Source: an uncultured candidate division Zixibacteria bacterium
GTDB taxonomy: Bacteria > Zixibacteria > MSB-5A5 > GN15 > FEB-12
Reading direction: 5' to 3'
NCBI GenBank assembly: GCA_963806185.1
Contig: CAWDXE010000003.1
Coordinates: forward strand, 96,001 to 160,000
DNA: 64,000 nucleotides
Below, piece after piece: positions 48,221-57,843 of the stretch. The notes below the pieces were generated by a model that was not told where the DNA came from, made no database searches, and saw nothing but the letters and a program-made list of their open reading frames with translations. A program made the translations under genes and the position numbers. Within the stretch, counting starts at the first letter, position 1. Each line of letters begins with the position of its first letter.

Positions 48221-48588
48221 TTCGAATAATGGTGCATGCGCCGTGGCGCGGGCGCGGTCTGAGTGAAAATGAACTGATCCAATCCATTAATGAAGCAGGA
48301 TGCTTGATACGCTACTTTTATGAGCGCCGGCAGAAGGAGCAATTCGTGAGTACGTCGCTCGGTGAAGCGACTCGCCGAGTCTCGAAGGTCCTTCATTTTC
48401 GTCACCTACATTGGCCTAACTGACTTGGCCACAATCTTATGCACGGCCATTAGAGGATTGCACGGGCCGCCCGGGCTGCACGTCTACAAGTCAGAGAGGG
48501 ATGGCAATTTTCCTGTTGTGCCGCCCTGAGGGGAGGTATATATTGGCCATCTGGACGTGAGCTATCCTACTGGAGGGTTGTGAGCTAG

Positions 48589-49095
48589 ATGAAGAAATCG
48601 GTCAAAATTTGGGTACTTTTGGCGGCCTTGGGGATCGCTGTCGGGCTGGCATCGGGATGTCGCAAGGATGTGTATGTTACGCCGCCGCCGTCGCTAATCG
48701 GCAAGTATATCGGGACGTACACATACCAGGAGGACAACGGCGCCACGCTGATTGTCGATACGACGCAGCCGATCACGTTTGATTTCTCATCCATCGTATT
48801 CAGCATGGATCTGGATACCAGCCGTATGGCTGAGAGCGGCCGGGTCACCTGTGATGTGCTGGGGTACTACAGCTATGAAGGGTCGGTGGTGTTGAGTTAT
48901 ACGTCGCCAACGCTGGGTGGTGAACCGGGCAAGAGGAACAAGACCAACAAGATCTGCCGAGAATCGGACGTGCCTGAAGGGGCATTTGGGCTTCAACAAC
49001 CCGCGGACAGTGTGCTATTGATACAACAGACGACCAAGTCTGGCCCTGGTCCGACGATTTTTGTGAACAAGATTATCCGGTTAGCACCGCGATAG
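48589..49095 (+). CDS. Hypothetical lipoprotein
   Basis: MKK + hydrophobic core + ASGC lipobox; GGAGG upstream; own terminator. Confidence 0.75.
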   Translation: MKKSVKIWVLLAALGIAVGLASGCRKDVYVTPPPSLIGKYIGTYTYQEDNGATLIVDTTQPITFDFSSIVFSMDLDTSRMAESGRVTCDVLGYYSYEGSVVLSYTSPTLGGEPGKRNKTNKICRESDVPEGAFGLQQPADSVLLIQQTTKSGPGPTIFVNKIIRLAPR

Positions 49096-49118
49096 CAGAC
49101 TGATGAGATTCGGATTCC

Positions 49119-49148
49119 AGGCCCTCCTTGCGGAGGGCTTTTTTTATT
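49119..49148 (+). terminator. Rho-independent terminator
   Basis: GCCCTCC/GGAGGGC stem followed by T7. Confidence 0.88.
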
Positions 49149-49288
49149 CCCCGCAATTTTGACTGACGGCCCCTGTCAGTGGCCCGCGACATACTTCGCA
49201 CAGGAGTTGGCCATTGCCCGCGGAGCCGCCGAGCGGTATAGCGGCAGACTGTGGGCGGTGTGGCGTTTGTATCACCAGGAGTGACAAT

Positions 49289-50827
49289 ATGTTGGCCAAA
49301 GTTGTATCATCGGCAACACTCGGCGTGGAAGCCTACCGGGTCGAAGTGGAGGCAGACATTCAGCAGCAATTACCGGCGTTTATAACAGTGGGTCTGCCGG
49401 ATGGCGCGGTTCGCGAGTCGAAAGAGCGAGTGACAGCGGCGATCAAGAACTCGGATTTCGTTTTCCCGGCGAAGAAGGTGACGATAAACCTGGCGCCTGC
49501 GGACATCAAGAAGGAGGGCTCGGCGTTTGATCTGCCGATAGCCGTGGGAATATTGGCGGCCACCGGCCAAATTCTTCGCGAGCGGTGCGACGAATATGTG
49601 ATGTTGGGCGAGCTTTCGCTCGATGGACAACTGAAGCCGGTGCCTGGGGTATTACCGATGGCGCTCAATTCGACCGCGGGAAACGGGTTAAAGGGGATGA
49701 TTGTACCTCACGAGAATGCCCGTGAGGCGGCTATTGCCGGAACGATTCCGGTGTATCCCGTGAGGAGTCTTAAGGAGGCGGTTCACTTCCTGGAGGACGA
49801 GTCGAGCGTGACGGCCCACACGGTGGATATCTCGACGGTGTTTGAGGAAGCTCGTCGCTACAGTATTGATTTTTCGGATGTAAAAGGACAGGAGTCGGCT
49901 AAGCGGGCGCTCGAGGTAGCGGCAGCCGGGGGACACAATATTATCATGATAGGACCTCCCGGTTCGGGCAAGACGATGCTGGCTCGTCGTGTGCCTACCG
50001 TCCTGCCGGACATGACAGTGGCCGAGGCACTGGAGACTACCAAGATTCACTCCGTGGCAGGGAGACTTCCTGCCAACGCCGCGATGGTGGCGATACGGCC
50101 GTTTCGGGCGCCGCATCACACCATCTCCTACGCCGGTTTGATTGGGGGTGGGACAATACCGCGCCCAGGGGAGGTGTCCCTCTCCCATCACGGCGTCTTG
50201 TTTCTGGACGAACTGCCGGAATTCAAGAAAGACATACTCGAGATGCTTCGCCAACCGATGGAGGATAACACGGTGACGATTTCGCGAGCGTCGACCACGC
50301 TCACCTACCCGGCGTCGTTCATGCTCGTGTCAGCGATGAACCCCTGCCCCTGCGGCTATCACGGCGATCCGGCCCACCAATGCAGTTGTTCTTCGAGCGA
50401 AATACAGCGCTACATGTCCAAAATATCCGGTCCGTTGCTGGACCGGATAGACATTCACATCACCGTGCCGTCAGTGAAATTCAAGGAACTTTCTTCGCAG
50501 GCTTGTGGGGAGCCGTCGATCGTGATTCGCGACCGGGTCAATCGGGCACGCCGCATGCAAATCGAGCGGTTTAAGAATGAGCCGAAGATCTTCTGCAATG
50601 CGCACATGGAATCGCGCGATATCCGGAAGTACTGTGTGATCGATGAGCGATCGCAAGCGTTGCTGGGCTTGGCGATCAAGAAGCAGGGGCTGTCGGCGCG
50701 AGCATATGACCGGATTCTCAAAGTGGCGCGGACGATTGCCGACCTGGCGGGGTCTGAGGGCATCGACATGGGACACGTTGCTGAGGGGATACATTATCGA
50801 AGTCTCGACCGACACCTGTGGTTGTGA
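49289..50827 (+). CDS. comM: YifB/ComM Mg-chelatase-like AAA+ ATPase
   Basis: VGLPD..VRES, NLAPAD.KKEG, GPPGSGKT, PFRAPHH, FLDELPEF, NPCPCG, SGPLLDRID. Confidence 0.93.
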   Translation: MLAKVVSSATLGVEAYRVEVEADIQQQLPAFITVGLPDGAVRESKERVTAAIKNSDFVFPAKKVTINLAPADIKKEGSAFDLPIAVGILAATGQILRERCDEYVMLGELSLDGQLKPVPGVLPMALNSTAGNGLKGMIVPHENAREAAIAGTIPVYPVRSLKEAVHFLEDESSVTAHTVDISTVFEEARRYSIDFSDVKGQESAKRALEVAAAGGHNIIMIGPPGSGKTMLARRVPTVLPDMTVAEALETTKIHSVAGRLPANAAMVAIRPFRAPHHTISYAGLIGGGTIPRPGEVSLSHHGVLFLDELPEFKKDILEMLRQPMEDNTVTISRASTTLTYPASFMLVSAMNPCPCGYHGDPAHQCSCSSSEIQRYMSKISGPLLDRIDIHITVPSVKFKELSSQACGEPSIVIRDRVNRARRMQIERFKNEPKIFCNAHMESRDIRKYCVIDERSQALLGLAIKKQGLSARAYDRILKVARTIADLAGSEGIDMGHVAEGIHYRSLDRHLWL

Positions 50828-50862
50828 GACGACCTAACGAAGGATATGGAGAGGAGGTACAG

Positions 50863-51108
50863 ATGGCGGAAGGATTCAAAGAATTATTCAGTAAGAAGAT
50901 CGTGTCGAACAAGCGAACGTTCTTCATGGATGTCAAGGAAGCGCGGGATCACACGCCTTATCTGGTTATATCGGCGCTGCAACGGAATCAGAATGGGGAG
51001 CCGGACAACGCGCGGATATTTGTGTTCGCCGACCAATTGCACGCCTTTCACGCCGGATTTGAAGAAGCGGTGACGGCCATGATTGAGCGGTTGCCAAAAC
51101 AGAAGTAG
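50863..51108 (+). CDS. DUF3276/PurA-like ssDNA/RNA-binding protein
   Basis: LFSKKI..KRTFFMDVKE....YLVIS..RIFVF..F..GF; GAGGAGG SD. Confidence 0.8.
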   Translation: MAEGFKELFSKKIVSNKRTFFMDVKEARDHTPYLVISALQRNQNGEPDNARIFVFADQLHAFHAGFEEAVTAMIERLPKQK

Positions 51109-51133
51109 TGGCATGCTGGGCGCCAACAGAAGA

Positions 51134-51163
51134 TCGCCGGGCGGCAACAAAGCGGCCCGGCGA
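51134..51163. terminator. Hairpin between convergent genes
   Basis: TCGCCGGGC/GCCCGGCGA stem. Confidence 0.5.
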
Positions 51164-51187
51164 ACTTTGCTCCCTGATAAAAAAGCT

Positions 51188-52042
51188 TCACTCTTTCCAG
51201 AATACGTCGACTGATCCCATGCCGACTTCGATCTGAATGAAGATACGGTCCTTGGCGTCCTCGTAATTGCGCGATTCCCACACGCCTTTATGCACTTTGC
51301 GCAGGTCGTCGTGGTGGAAATCAACCGAGGAGAACCAGTTATCGTCGGCTTCGATGTGCACGGGGAGATTCTTGGGCAATATAATGTCCAGCGAACCGGC
51401 ACCAACCTCGATCGAAACTTCGGATTCGCCTGTGTAGGCGCCTCGAAGATCGAGTTCGCCGGACGCTGCCCCTGATTCAAAACGCAGAGACTCGAAATTG
51501 GCATTGCCGAGCGTAACGCAGTCAAACGACGACGCACCAACCTCGATTGTCATTTCTCGCAGGCGAGCCGGGTTGGGCTTGGAGAACTCCAGTCGTCCGT
51601 CGGCCGCGCCGATATCCAGATCGAAATCGGTGACCGGGATGCCGCCAAGATCAATCTCCATATCGGAGGCGCCGATATCCATCTGGAACTCGGTCTGATA
51701 TCTGGTGGACAAAACGACGTTCCAATCGTTGTCAGTATCACCGTTATGATTGTGGTTTCGCCGGGATTCACTGGTGAGATCCAGAAATCCTTTTCCGGCC
51801 CGTTCTTCGTACGTAGCATCACAATCCAAGTACTCGGAGTCGTACTCGACGTCAACCGACGCAGCTTCGGCCATGTCCGCCGGCTCGATAGTGAAGTGGC
51901 CGACGGAGAAATCACCCTTGACCACGATCGACTTGACTTCGCTCGCGGGGAATTTCTGTTTGATGGTCTCGAGTCGGCCGGCCAGAGCCATTCCGGCGGC
52001 GGTCAGGACGACGCCGATTCCAATGATGAAAGTTCGGAACAT
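51188..52042 (-). CDS. Secreted toast-rack/DUF2154-like beta-repeat protein (LiaF/G-like)
   Basis: Signal peptide, repeated (D/E)(I/V)GA(S/A/G) beta turns, C-terminal IEVGMGSVDV. Confidence 0.7.
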   Translation of the reverse strand: MFRTFIIGIGVVLTAAGMALAGRLETIKQKFPASEVKSIVVKGDFSVGHFTIEPADMAEAASVDVEYDSEYLDCDATYEERAGKGFLDLTSESRRNHNHNGDTDNDWNVVLSTRYQTEFQMDIGASDMEIDLGGIPVTDFDLDIGAADGRLEFSKPNPARLREMTIEVGASSFDCVTLGNANFESLRFESGAASGELDLRGAYTGESEVSIEVGAGSLDIILPKNLPVHIEADDNWFSSVDFHHDDLRKVHKGVWESRNYEDAKDRIFIQIEVGMGSVDVFWKE

Positions 52043-52084
52043 ACCTCTCTCCTGTCTAGATCGGCAACATGACTTCTTCCTGCC

Positions 52085-52113
52085 TATACTGGGTCCGTCG
52101 GCTGAAAGTTTCA
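52085..52113 (-). promoter_or_regulatory. Candidate ECF (SigW-like) promoter
   Basis: Minus strand TGAAAC-N17-AGTATA. Confidence 0.35.
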
Positions 52114-53343
52114 TTCGTGGGCAGGACGAGGAGGCAAATGCTCACCGCTGTGGGGCGGCGGTATGGGGTCAAGTGATGGAGGGACTTTCGGAATCGGCGG
52201 CGGCGCCGGAACCGGGGCACCTTCGTCGGGAGTGCCCAGCCGATCGTGGAGGCTGAGGTACCGTCGGCTGCCGAACCGGGTAAGAATCACCGCACCCAGG
52301 CCGGTGAAGATGGGAACAAGCGATAACAGCGAGATCAGGACGAGAAGAGCTACGCCAAGCCCAAACACGGTTCCATCGGATCCCATCATCATTGCTGCCA
52401 GAAACCAGGGAGTCATGAATAAGAGAGCGCCAATGAGCGCGGCCACCAGCGGACTGCGAGACGACCGACCGATGGCCGTAAGGAACCAAGCGCCCACCCG
52501 CTGTCCCCAGGCAATCACGCCCAGCGACATTGCGAAAACGTAAAGGAACGGCAGAAAGGCGATGGCCAGAATCCCTACGATGGTGATAGCCAGCAGAATA
52601 ATAAGTACTGGAATCATAAAGATGGCGATGACGCCGAGTCCGAACGAACGCAGAGGGTACATGCGAATGGCATCGCTGACAACGCCGCTCTGTCGTGACA
52701 TCAGGCTGACCACGACGAAAGTACAGAGCAGCAAGTAGATGGTGAAAGCGAAGACAACCCAGATGCCGCTGGGGGTGTACTCACCGGCGATACGGCCAAC
52801 GGGGAAATCCAGCGGGTTGGTGATGATCTGTTGGCCGAGGACGTTTCCGCCTCGCTTAATCTGGATTTCCGGCGCTTTTACGTCGCCATCAACCTGCCCG
52901 GTTTCAGTGACCAGGACTTTGTCGTTAATCGATTGAACCGAACCTTGAACCCATCCTTTGATGGTTATGCGGCCGTATGCGACGATATCCCCGCTCACGA
53001 ATTCATCGATACCGACCTGAACTGATTTCTGGAAGGGTTTGACGGTCAATTCTTCGGTGCAGCGATCCTCGGCGGCCTCCAGCTCTCGCGTCTCCGTTCG
53101 CGGGCGTTCGCCGCCCCTCCGGTCGCGCTGGCCCACTCTGTCGCCGCGCACGAAAACGCCGTCGGTGAAATTGTACTCCCACCGGAAGCCGGCACTGTCG
53201 TATGCCACTACGCCTTCGGGGGACAACTCAATTTCAGTGAAGATGGTGTCCGGTGCGGACTGTGCGACAACGAGTTGAGGCAGCATGGCGAGAGCCGCAC
53301 TGACTAGCAATACTAATATGCGCAAGGTCGCGCGAAGAGACAT
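52111..53343 (-). CDS. Membrane protein with a polymer-forming/bactofilin-like beta-helix and multi-TM C-terminus
   Basis: Signal peptide, VSGDIV..G.ITIKG.VQGSV..GQVDGDV, LAITIVGI motif, Pro-rich tail. Confidence 0.75.
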   Translation of the reverse strand: MSLRATLRILVLLVSAALAMLPQLVVAQSAPDTIFTEIELSPEGVVAYDSAGFRWEYNFTDGVFVRGDRVGQRDRRGGERPRTETRELEAAEDRCTEELTVKPFQKSVQVGIDEFVSGDIVAYGRITIKGWVQGSVQSINDKVLVTETGQVDGDVKAPEIQIKRGGNVLGQQIITNPLDFPVGRIAGEYTPSGIWVVFAFTIYLLLCTFVVVSLMSRQSGVVSDAIRMYPLRSFGLGVIAIFMIPVLIILLAITIVGILAIAFLPFLYVFAMSLGVIAWGQRVGAWFLTAIGRSSRSPLVAALIGALLFMTPWFLAAMMMGSDGTVFGLGVALLVLISLLSLVPIFTGLGAVILTRFGSRRYLSLHDRLGTPDEGAPVPAPPPIPKVPPSLDPIPPPHSGEHLPPRPAHE

Positions 53344-53371
53344 GATGACATCCTATGTGTTGTCAGTCGCA

Positions 53372-54340
53372 CTAAAACCGTGCAACCGTGACATCGCCCG
53401 AAATCGAATTGAGGGAGATGCGCGTTCCACCCTCGCCGAAATCACCCACCAGTTTCTGTTTCGACATGGAGCTGATGGCGATCGGAATTTCTGTTTTAAT
53501 CTCACCGGCCTTGGAAACAGCACTCAAGGTACCGGACGCCAGCTCCGGAAGACTGAGTTTGATATTGCCGCTTTCGGATTCGATGAAGCAATCTCGTTGC
53601 GAATCCAGGTTGGTTTGCACGTCGATACTGCCAGTGGTCGTCATGATATCAAGCGCCCCGCGCTCCTGACGAACAGTCACTGTGGCTGTGGTCGTCTTGA
53701 CTTTCACATCCCCCTCCACCCAGGAGAGATCGATTGACCCCATGGGTTGGCGGACAGATACGGGACCGTAGAGGAGCTCACCCTTGGTCGAACCCGACGA
53801 ATTCTCAATCGAGACGGCACCTTCGATACTGCTCAGCTCAATATTCGCGGCAGAGCTAATGATGGCAAGATCTCCGCGAAGATGGGTCGCCGTGATTCTT
53901 CCCGTCGTACTACGAGCCGTCAGCTTGCTACCGTCAGGGATCTGAATTTGATAATCGACTTCACCCCATGATTCGTCGCTGCCTCGTCCAAGCACTTTCT
54001 GCCAGAAATTGGGACTGCGATTGCTGATACGGAGATAGTGGGTGCCGACCGTTATTCTCTGACCTTGCTGTTCAAGCCGGATTTCGATGTGATCGGCGGC
54101 AATTTCAGCCTCGTCCATGCTCACGGCGTCGATCCGCTTGACGGCATCGATGATGAGCCGGTTATCAGGGGAAGCGGTCACGACCAGATTTCCTGCCAAA
54201 TATGACAAATCGACGTCCACGCTGCCCTTGGTGTCAACAATTCGCTGGTACTGATACCTGTATTCTTTGGCCTGTGAAGCAGGCGCCGCCAGCAGGGCGA
54301 GTAGGGTGAAGAATAATCCAGTCAACTGATAGACGCGCAT
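53372..54340 (-). CDS. DUF4097 beta-strand repeat (adhesin-like) secreted protein
   Basis: Signal peptide, repeated STTGRI/TTTGSI/SESGNI/SKAGEI, C-terminal SISGDVTV. Confidence 0.8.
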   Translation of the reverse strand: MRVYQLTGLFFTLLALLAAPASQAKEYRYQYQRIVDTKGSVDVDLSYLAGNLVVTASPDNRLIIDAVKRIDAVSMDEAEIAADHIEIRLEQQGQRITVGTHYLRISNRSPNFWQKVLGRGSDESWGEVDYQIQIPDGSKLTARSTTGRITATHLRGDLAIISSAANIELSSIEGAVSIENSSGSTKGELLYGPVSVRQPMGSIDLSWVEGDVKVKTTTATVTVRQERGALDIMTTTGSIDVQTNLDSQRDCFIESESGNIKLSLPELASGTLSAVSKAGEIKTEIPIAISSMSKQKLVGDFGEGGTRISLNSISGDVTVARF

Positions 54341-54361
54341 AACTTCCTGAGACGCCAAAGG

Positions 54362-54940
54362 TTACAAGTGCTTGAGCTTCTTTTTCAGAAGCTCCCGGGC
54401 ACGGAATATCCGCGCCTTGACCGTACCCACCGGTATACGTAGTAAATCGGCTATTTCCTCGTATGTTTTATCGTCCTTATGACGGTAGATGATGACTTCC
54501 CGGTATTTTTTCGGCAGGGACTCTATGGCTTCCTCGATACTGAAACTCTGCTCTTTTCGCTCCAGATCCCGTTCCGGGTGGTAGGAATAGTCAGCGACCT
54601 CGAATTCGACCTGACCGTCTTTGGTTTCAGTCGGCCGGTCCAGAGAAAGGGCCTGAATTCGACGTTTGCGCAAGTAATCGATCGAGGAATTGGCCGCAAT
54701 CTTATAGAGCCAGGTGGAGAAGCGGTACTCCGAACGGTAGGAACCGAGTGAGGAGAAAGCCTTCATGAAGGTTTCCTGAACCAGATCGTGGGCAACTTCT
54801 TCGTCGCGAACCATTCGATTGATGATATGAAAGATGGGGAGGCGGTGCTTGTGCATGAGCCAGGCATACGCCTTCTGACTGCCGGCGAGCGCCTCGGCAA
54901 TCATCATGGATTCTTCTTCATGTAAGCGATTGTCGTCCAC
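54362..54940 (-). CDS. ECF RNA polymerase sigma factor (SigW/RpoE-like)
   Basis: DLVQETFMKAF, FSTWLYKIAAN, YEEIA..L.IPVGTVKARIFRAR. Confidence 0.93.
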   Translation of the reverse strand: MDDNRLHEEESMMIAEALAGSQKAYAWLMHKHRLPIFHIINRMVRDEEVAHDLVQETFMKAFSSLGSYRSEYRFSTWLYKIAANSSIDYLRKRRIQALSLDRPTETKDGQVEFEVADYSYHPERDLERKEQSFSIEEAIESLPKKYREVIIYRHKDDKTYEEIADLLRIPVGTVKARIFRARELLKKKLKHL

Positions 54941-55631
54941 GTTTACTGGTTGCCTATTCCCTGGTCAAAGTGGAGGTAATATAACGATTTCACGGCCGTC
55001 TCCGCATACAAAAATGTCCAGCCGAATCATTATGGTCTAATCACTTAGCCGTCGCCGTATCCCTGACTATATGTCTCTCTCGGACTGAGATTGGGCCGGG
55101 TAGTGGTCCGCGAGAGGAAGGTATGGATGTTTGTCAGCAGGACGAATCGGCCTTCGTATTCACCGGTGCGCACTCAGATTCCAGTCAGCGATCTCCTTCC
55201 GGGATCAATCTGCCTGAGAACGACGAGGGGGCGGCTCGTCTTAATATTTACGACTTGTTTATCCATGCTAATGCCTGAAACTACACAGGGGAGGTTCGTC
55301 ACTCGGCAGCACGGCAGTGACGGGCTCCGTGGTAAGCCATTCAACGCCAATGCTATCATCGAGCCGGACGGCAAGAGCGCGATCAATCGGCGTGATGACC
55401 GCCATTTTTAAACAGGATCGCATATAGACCCATCCGGGCGCCTGACCCATACATTTTCCAAGAAACTCGAAACAATGAAACGATCGCCGTTTCGGCCTGA
55501 CTGGTGATGGAGTGTCCGGCGGCGTGGTGAATAAGTAAACAAACGGAGGCTGTCGCGCAACAAATCCGCTGTCATCGCTCGTGCAGTCACGGGGTTACGC
55601 CGTTAATACGAAGTAGGAGAGGAGAAGCTTC

Positions 55632-56393
55632 GTGCTGTACGATTACCCCGAGTACTACGAGTTGGCATTTTCGTTTCGCGATATAAAGCGGGAGACGGAC
55701 TTTCTCGTGGAGTGCATCAAGAAGTATTCGCGCGTACCCGTGAAGCGGGTGTTTGAAGTCGCGTGCGGGCACGCTCCTCACGCCGGGGAGTTGACAGAAC
55801 GCGGATATACCTACTCCGGTCTCGACATCAATCGCAATATGCTCGACTATGCCACTTACAAATGGCGTGGCTTGAAACCGTCTCCCGATTTCGTCGAGTC
55901 CGACATGAAGATCTTCGAGGTCGAGAAGAAGGCGGACTTTGCGTTTGTCATGCTGGGATCGCTTTATCTCAATTCTCTGGAGGAAATGAGCGAGCATTTT
56001 GACTGCATGGGGCGGGCGCTGCGCCCCGGGGGATTGTACTTCCTCGATTGGTGTGTGCAATTCGCCGATCCGCTGGCGCCGCGAATCGACAGCGTCATGA
56101 ACAGCGAGAGCAACGGAGTCGCGGTAGAATCGAAGTTCAACATCCGTCTCGTTGATACGGCAAGCCAGATGTACGAAGAGGTTTGGACGGTGATTATCGA
56201 TGACCACGGCCGACGCCGGACCTTTGAAATGATCGAACGGAATCGTGCCATCTATCCGCAGGAATTCCAGCTCTTCCTGAGAACGCGCAACGATTTCGAA
56301 TTTGTCGGCTGGTGGCACGACTGGAACCTGGCGCACCCGATCGACGGGCGCGCCGAAGTTCATCGTCCGGTAGTGCTCATCCGGCGCAAATAG
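55632..56393 (+). CDS. Class I SAM-dependent methyltransferase
   Basis: LYDYPEYY, FEVACGHA, GLDIN..ML, LRPGGLY; AGGAGAGGAG SD. Confidence 0.85.
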   Translation: MLYDYPEYYELAFSFRDIKRETDFLVECIKKYSRVPVKRVFEVACGHAPHAGELTERGYTYSGLDINRNMLDYATYKWRGLKPSPDFVESDMKIFEVEKKADFAFVMLGSLYLNSLEEMSEHFDCMGRALRPGGLYFLDWCVQFADPLAPRIDSVMNSESNGVAVESKFNIRLVDTASQMYEEVWTVIIDDHGRRRTFEMIERNRAIYPQEFQLFLRTRNDFEFVGWWHDWNLAHPIDGRAEVHRPVVLIRRK

Positions 56394-56398
56394 CCTGC

Positions 56399-57049
56399 TC
56401 AGCCCTGCGCCGGGGCTTTCTTCGCACCCATGACCAGCGCCTGTAGTCCGGCGATCATCTGATCGGCGGTCTTTTCCGGTCCCGTCAATTTGAAAAACAG
56501 ATTGCCGCCCGGTGCTTCGAGGACTACACCGGCCATCCGGTATCCTTCGCGCGGACCGGCAGCGGCGCCCATTCCGCCCATTGAACCGGCATTGTAGATA
56601 CCTGCCACTTCGACCAGGTGCGCTTTGAGTCCGTCGGGTGTGTCAAAATCGAGTTTTTTTGCGACCGTGTGCGGGTCGGCGCCATCGGCCAACGCCATTT
56701 GACCAATCCATCGCTCGATATTTGCCTCTACCCCGCCGCCGCCCTGAGGACCGAAATAGAACACGACCATGGTGGCGGAATCCTTGTCACCCTCGACCGG
56801 ACCGAAGCTGTAATCGGCGAAGCGCATGCCGCTGGCGCCGTGAGAAGTCCATGTGGACGGTGCGACAAATGTCACGCCGGCGACCGTTACCGGCTCTCCG
56901 TCGAGCGTTACCGTGACTTGTTTATTGGGGTCAAAAATAGTGCCGGTTGCGGACGCAGTCTGCTGGTCGGAAGTTTTGGCGCCGTCCTGTTTGGCGCAGG
57001 CGCCGAGGGTCAGCGCCAGAATGAGCGCGGCGGCGAATGTCGTCTTCAT
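56399..57049 (-). CDS. Conserved hypothetical lipoprotein
   Basis: Lipobox LGAC, GGGVEANIERWIGQ, FFKLTGP. Confidence 0.8.
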   Translation of the reverse strand: MKTTFAAALILALTLGACAKQDGAKTSDQQTASATGTIFDPNKQVTVTLDGEPVTVAGVTFVAPSTWTSHGASGMRFADYSFGPVEGDKDSATMVVFYFGPQGGGGVEANIERWIGQMALADGADPHTVAKKLDFDTPDGLKAHLVEVAGIYNAGSMGGMGAAAGPREGYRMAGVVLEAPGGNLFFKLTGPEKTADQMIAGLQALVMGAKKAPAQG

Positions 57050-57180
57050 TGGTCTCTCCTCTAATCGTTGACGTATCTGGGCGGGAAGATAGGGGGGTTG
57101 AAAGGCGAAGGAAAGGGGAAAATGCGGGGTCTACTCTCTGGTAACGGGAGGCACAAGCCTCAATGGCCGCCGCCAGCCAC

Positions 57181-57843
57181 TCATAAATTCGCCCGCATCT
57201 CCACCGCCCAGTAGTACTCGCCGTAGAATGAAACCGATCGATCTGGAAAGCGAGGGGCGAAAATCGATTCGAGTTCGTCCTTCACGAAGTAGTTCTTCAG
57301 TATCACGTGCTCCTGACCATTGCCCAGTTTCCGCACTTTCAGATTGTTGCCGTGCTCGTCGGTGCCGGCCGAATCATTGGTCGGACCCTCGGCGGGCGGA
57401 TTGTTGTCGATCATCCAGATCGGCGAGCCCGTTCTTAGCGGGCGAGTGATCATTTCGAAGAAGCGCGCGTAGTCCTGCCTGGGATGATGCGAAAACCAGA
57501 AGCCAATGGCAAGGCAATCGAATGATTCGGGTCGAAACGGCAGCCCGAACAGGTCGGCGCGCAAAAAATCAACCGGTTTGGCAAACGGCTTCTGCCTGGC
57601 TTCGTTGAGCATCTCGGCGGAAATGTCGGAGGCGGTGACATGCGCCGCTGTTTCCGACATCAGGTGCGTCCAATAGCCGGTACCGCAGGCAAGCTCCAAG
57701 ACGTCACGACCGCCCACAAGCTTCTGGAGGCGCACACCCTCATCGAGAAGTTCCTGGCGCCGTTTCGCGATGGGGCGGTAGTAGATTTGTTCGTACTCCG
57801 ACGCTCGCTTGTTATAGTAATCGACCAGTTTACGGTCGCGCAT
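57181..57843 (-). CDS. Class I SAM-dependent methyltransferase
   Basis: YYNKRASEYE, VLELACGTGYWT, GFWFSH, LKNY. Confidence 0.88.
   Translation of the reverse strand: MRDRKLVDYYNKRASEYEQIYYRPIAKRRQELLDEGVRLQKLVGGRDVLELACGTGYWTHLMSETAAHVTASDISAEMLNEARQKPFAKPVDFLRADLFGLPFRPESFDCLAIGFWFSHHPRQDYARFFEMITRPLRTGSPIWMIDNNPPAEGPTNDSAGTDEHGNNLKVRKLGNGQEHVILKNYFVKDELESIFAPRFPDRSVSFYGEYYWAVEMRANL

Noticed and set aside
46750..48405. Extended N-termini given by the ORF track (gatA, tgt, comM, smg, MORN, flavoprotein, ABC-F)
   Set aside because: The extensions overlap neighbouring genes or promoters; downstream starts fit family N-termini and SD or promoter positions better
54339..54366. ECF-like TGTAAC-N16-AGTTAT before the DUF4097 gene
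   Set aside because: The -10 element overlaps the start codon, so the transcript would begin inside the gene
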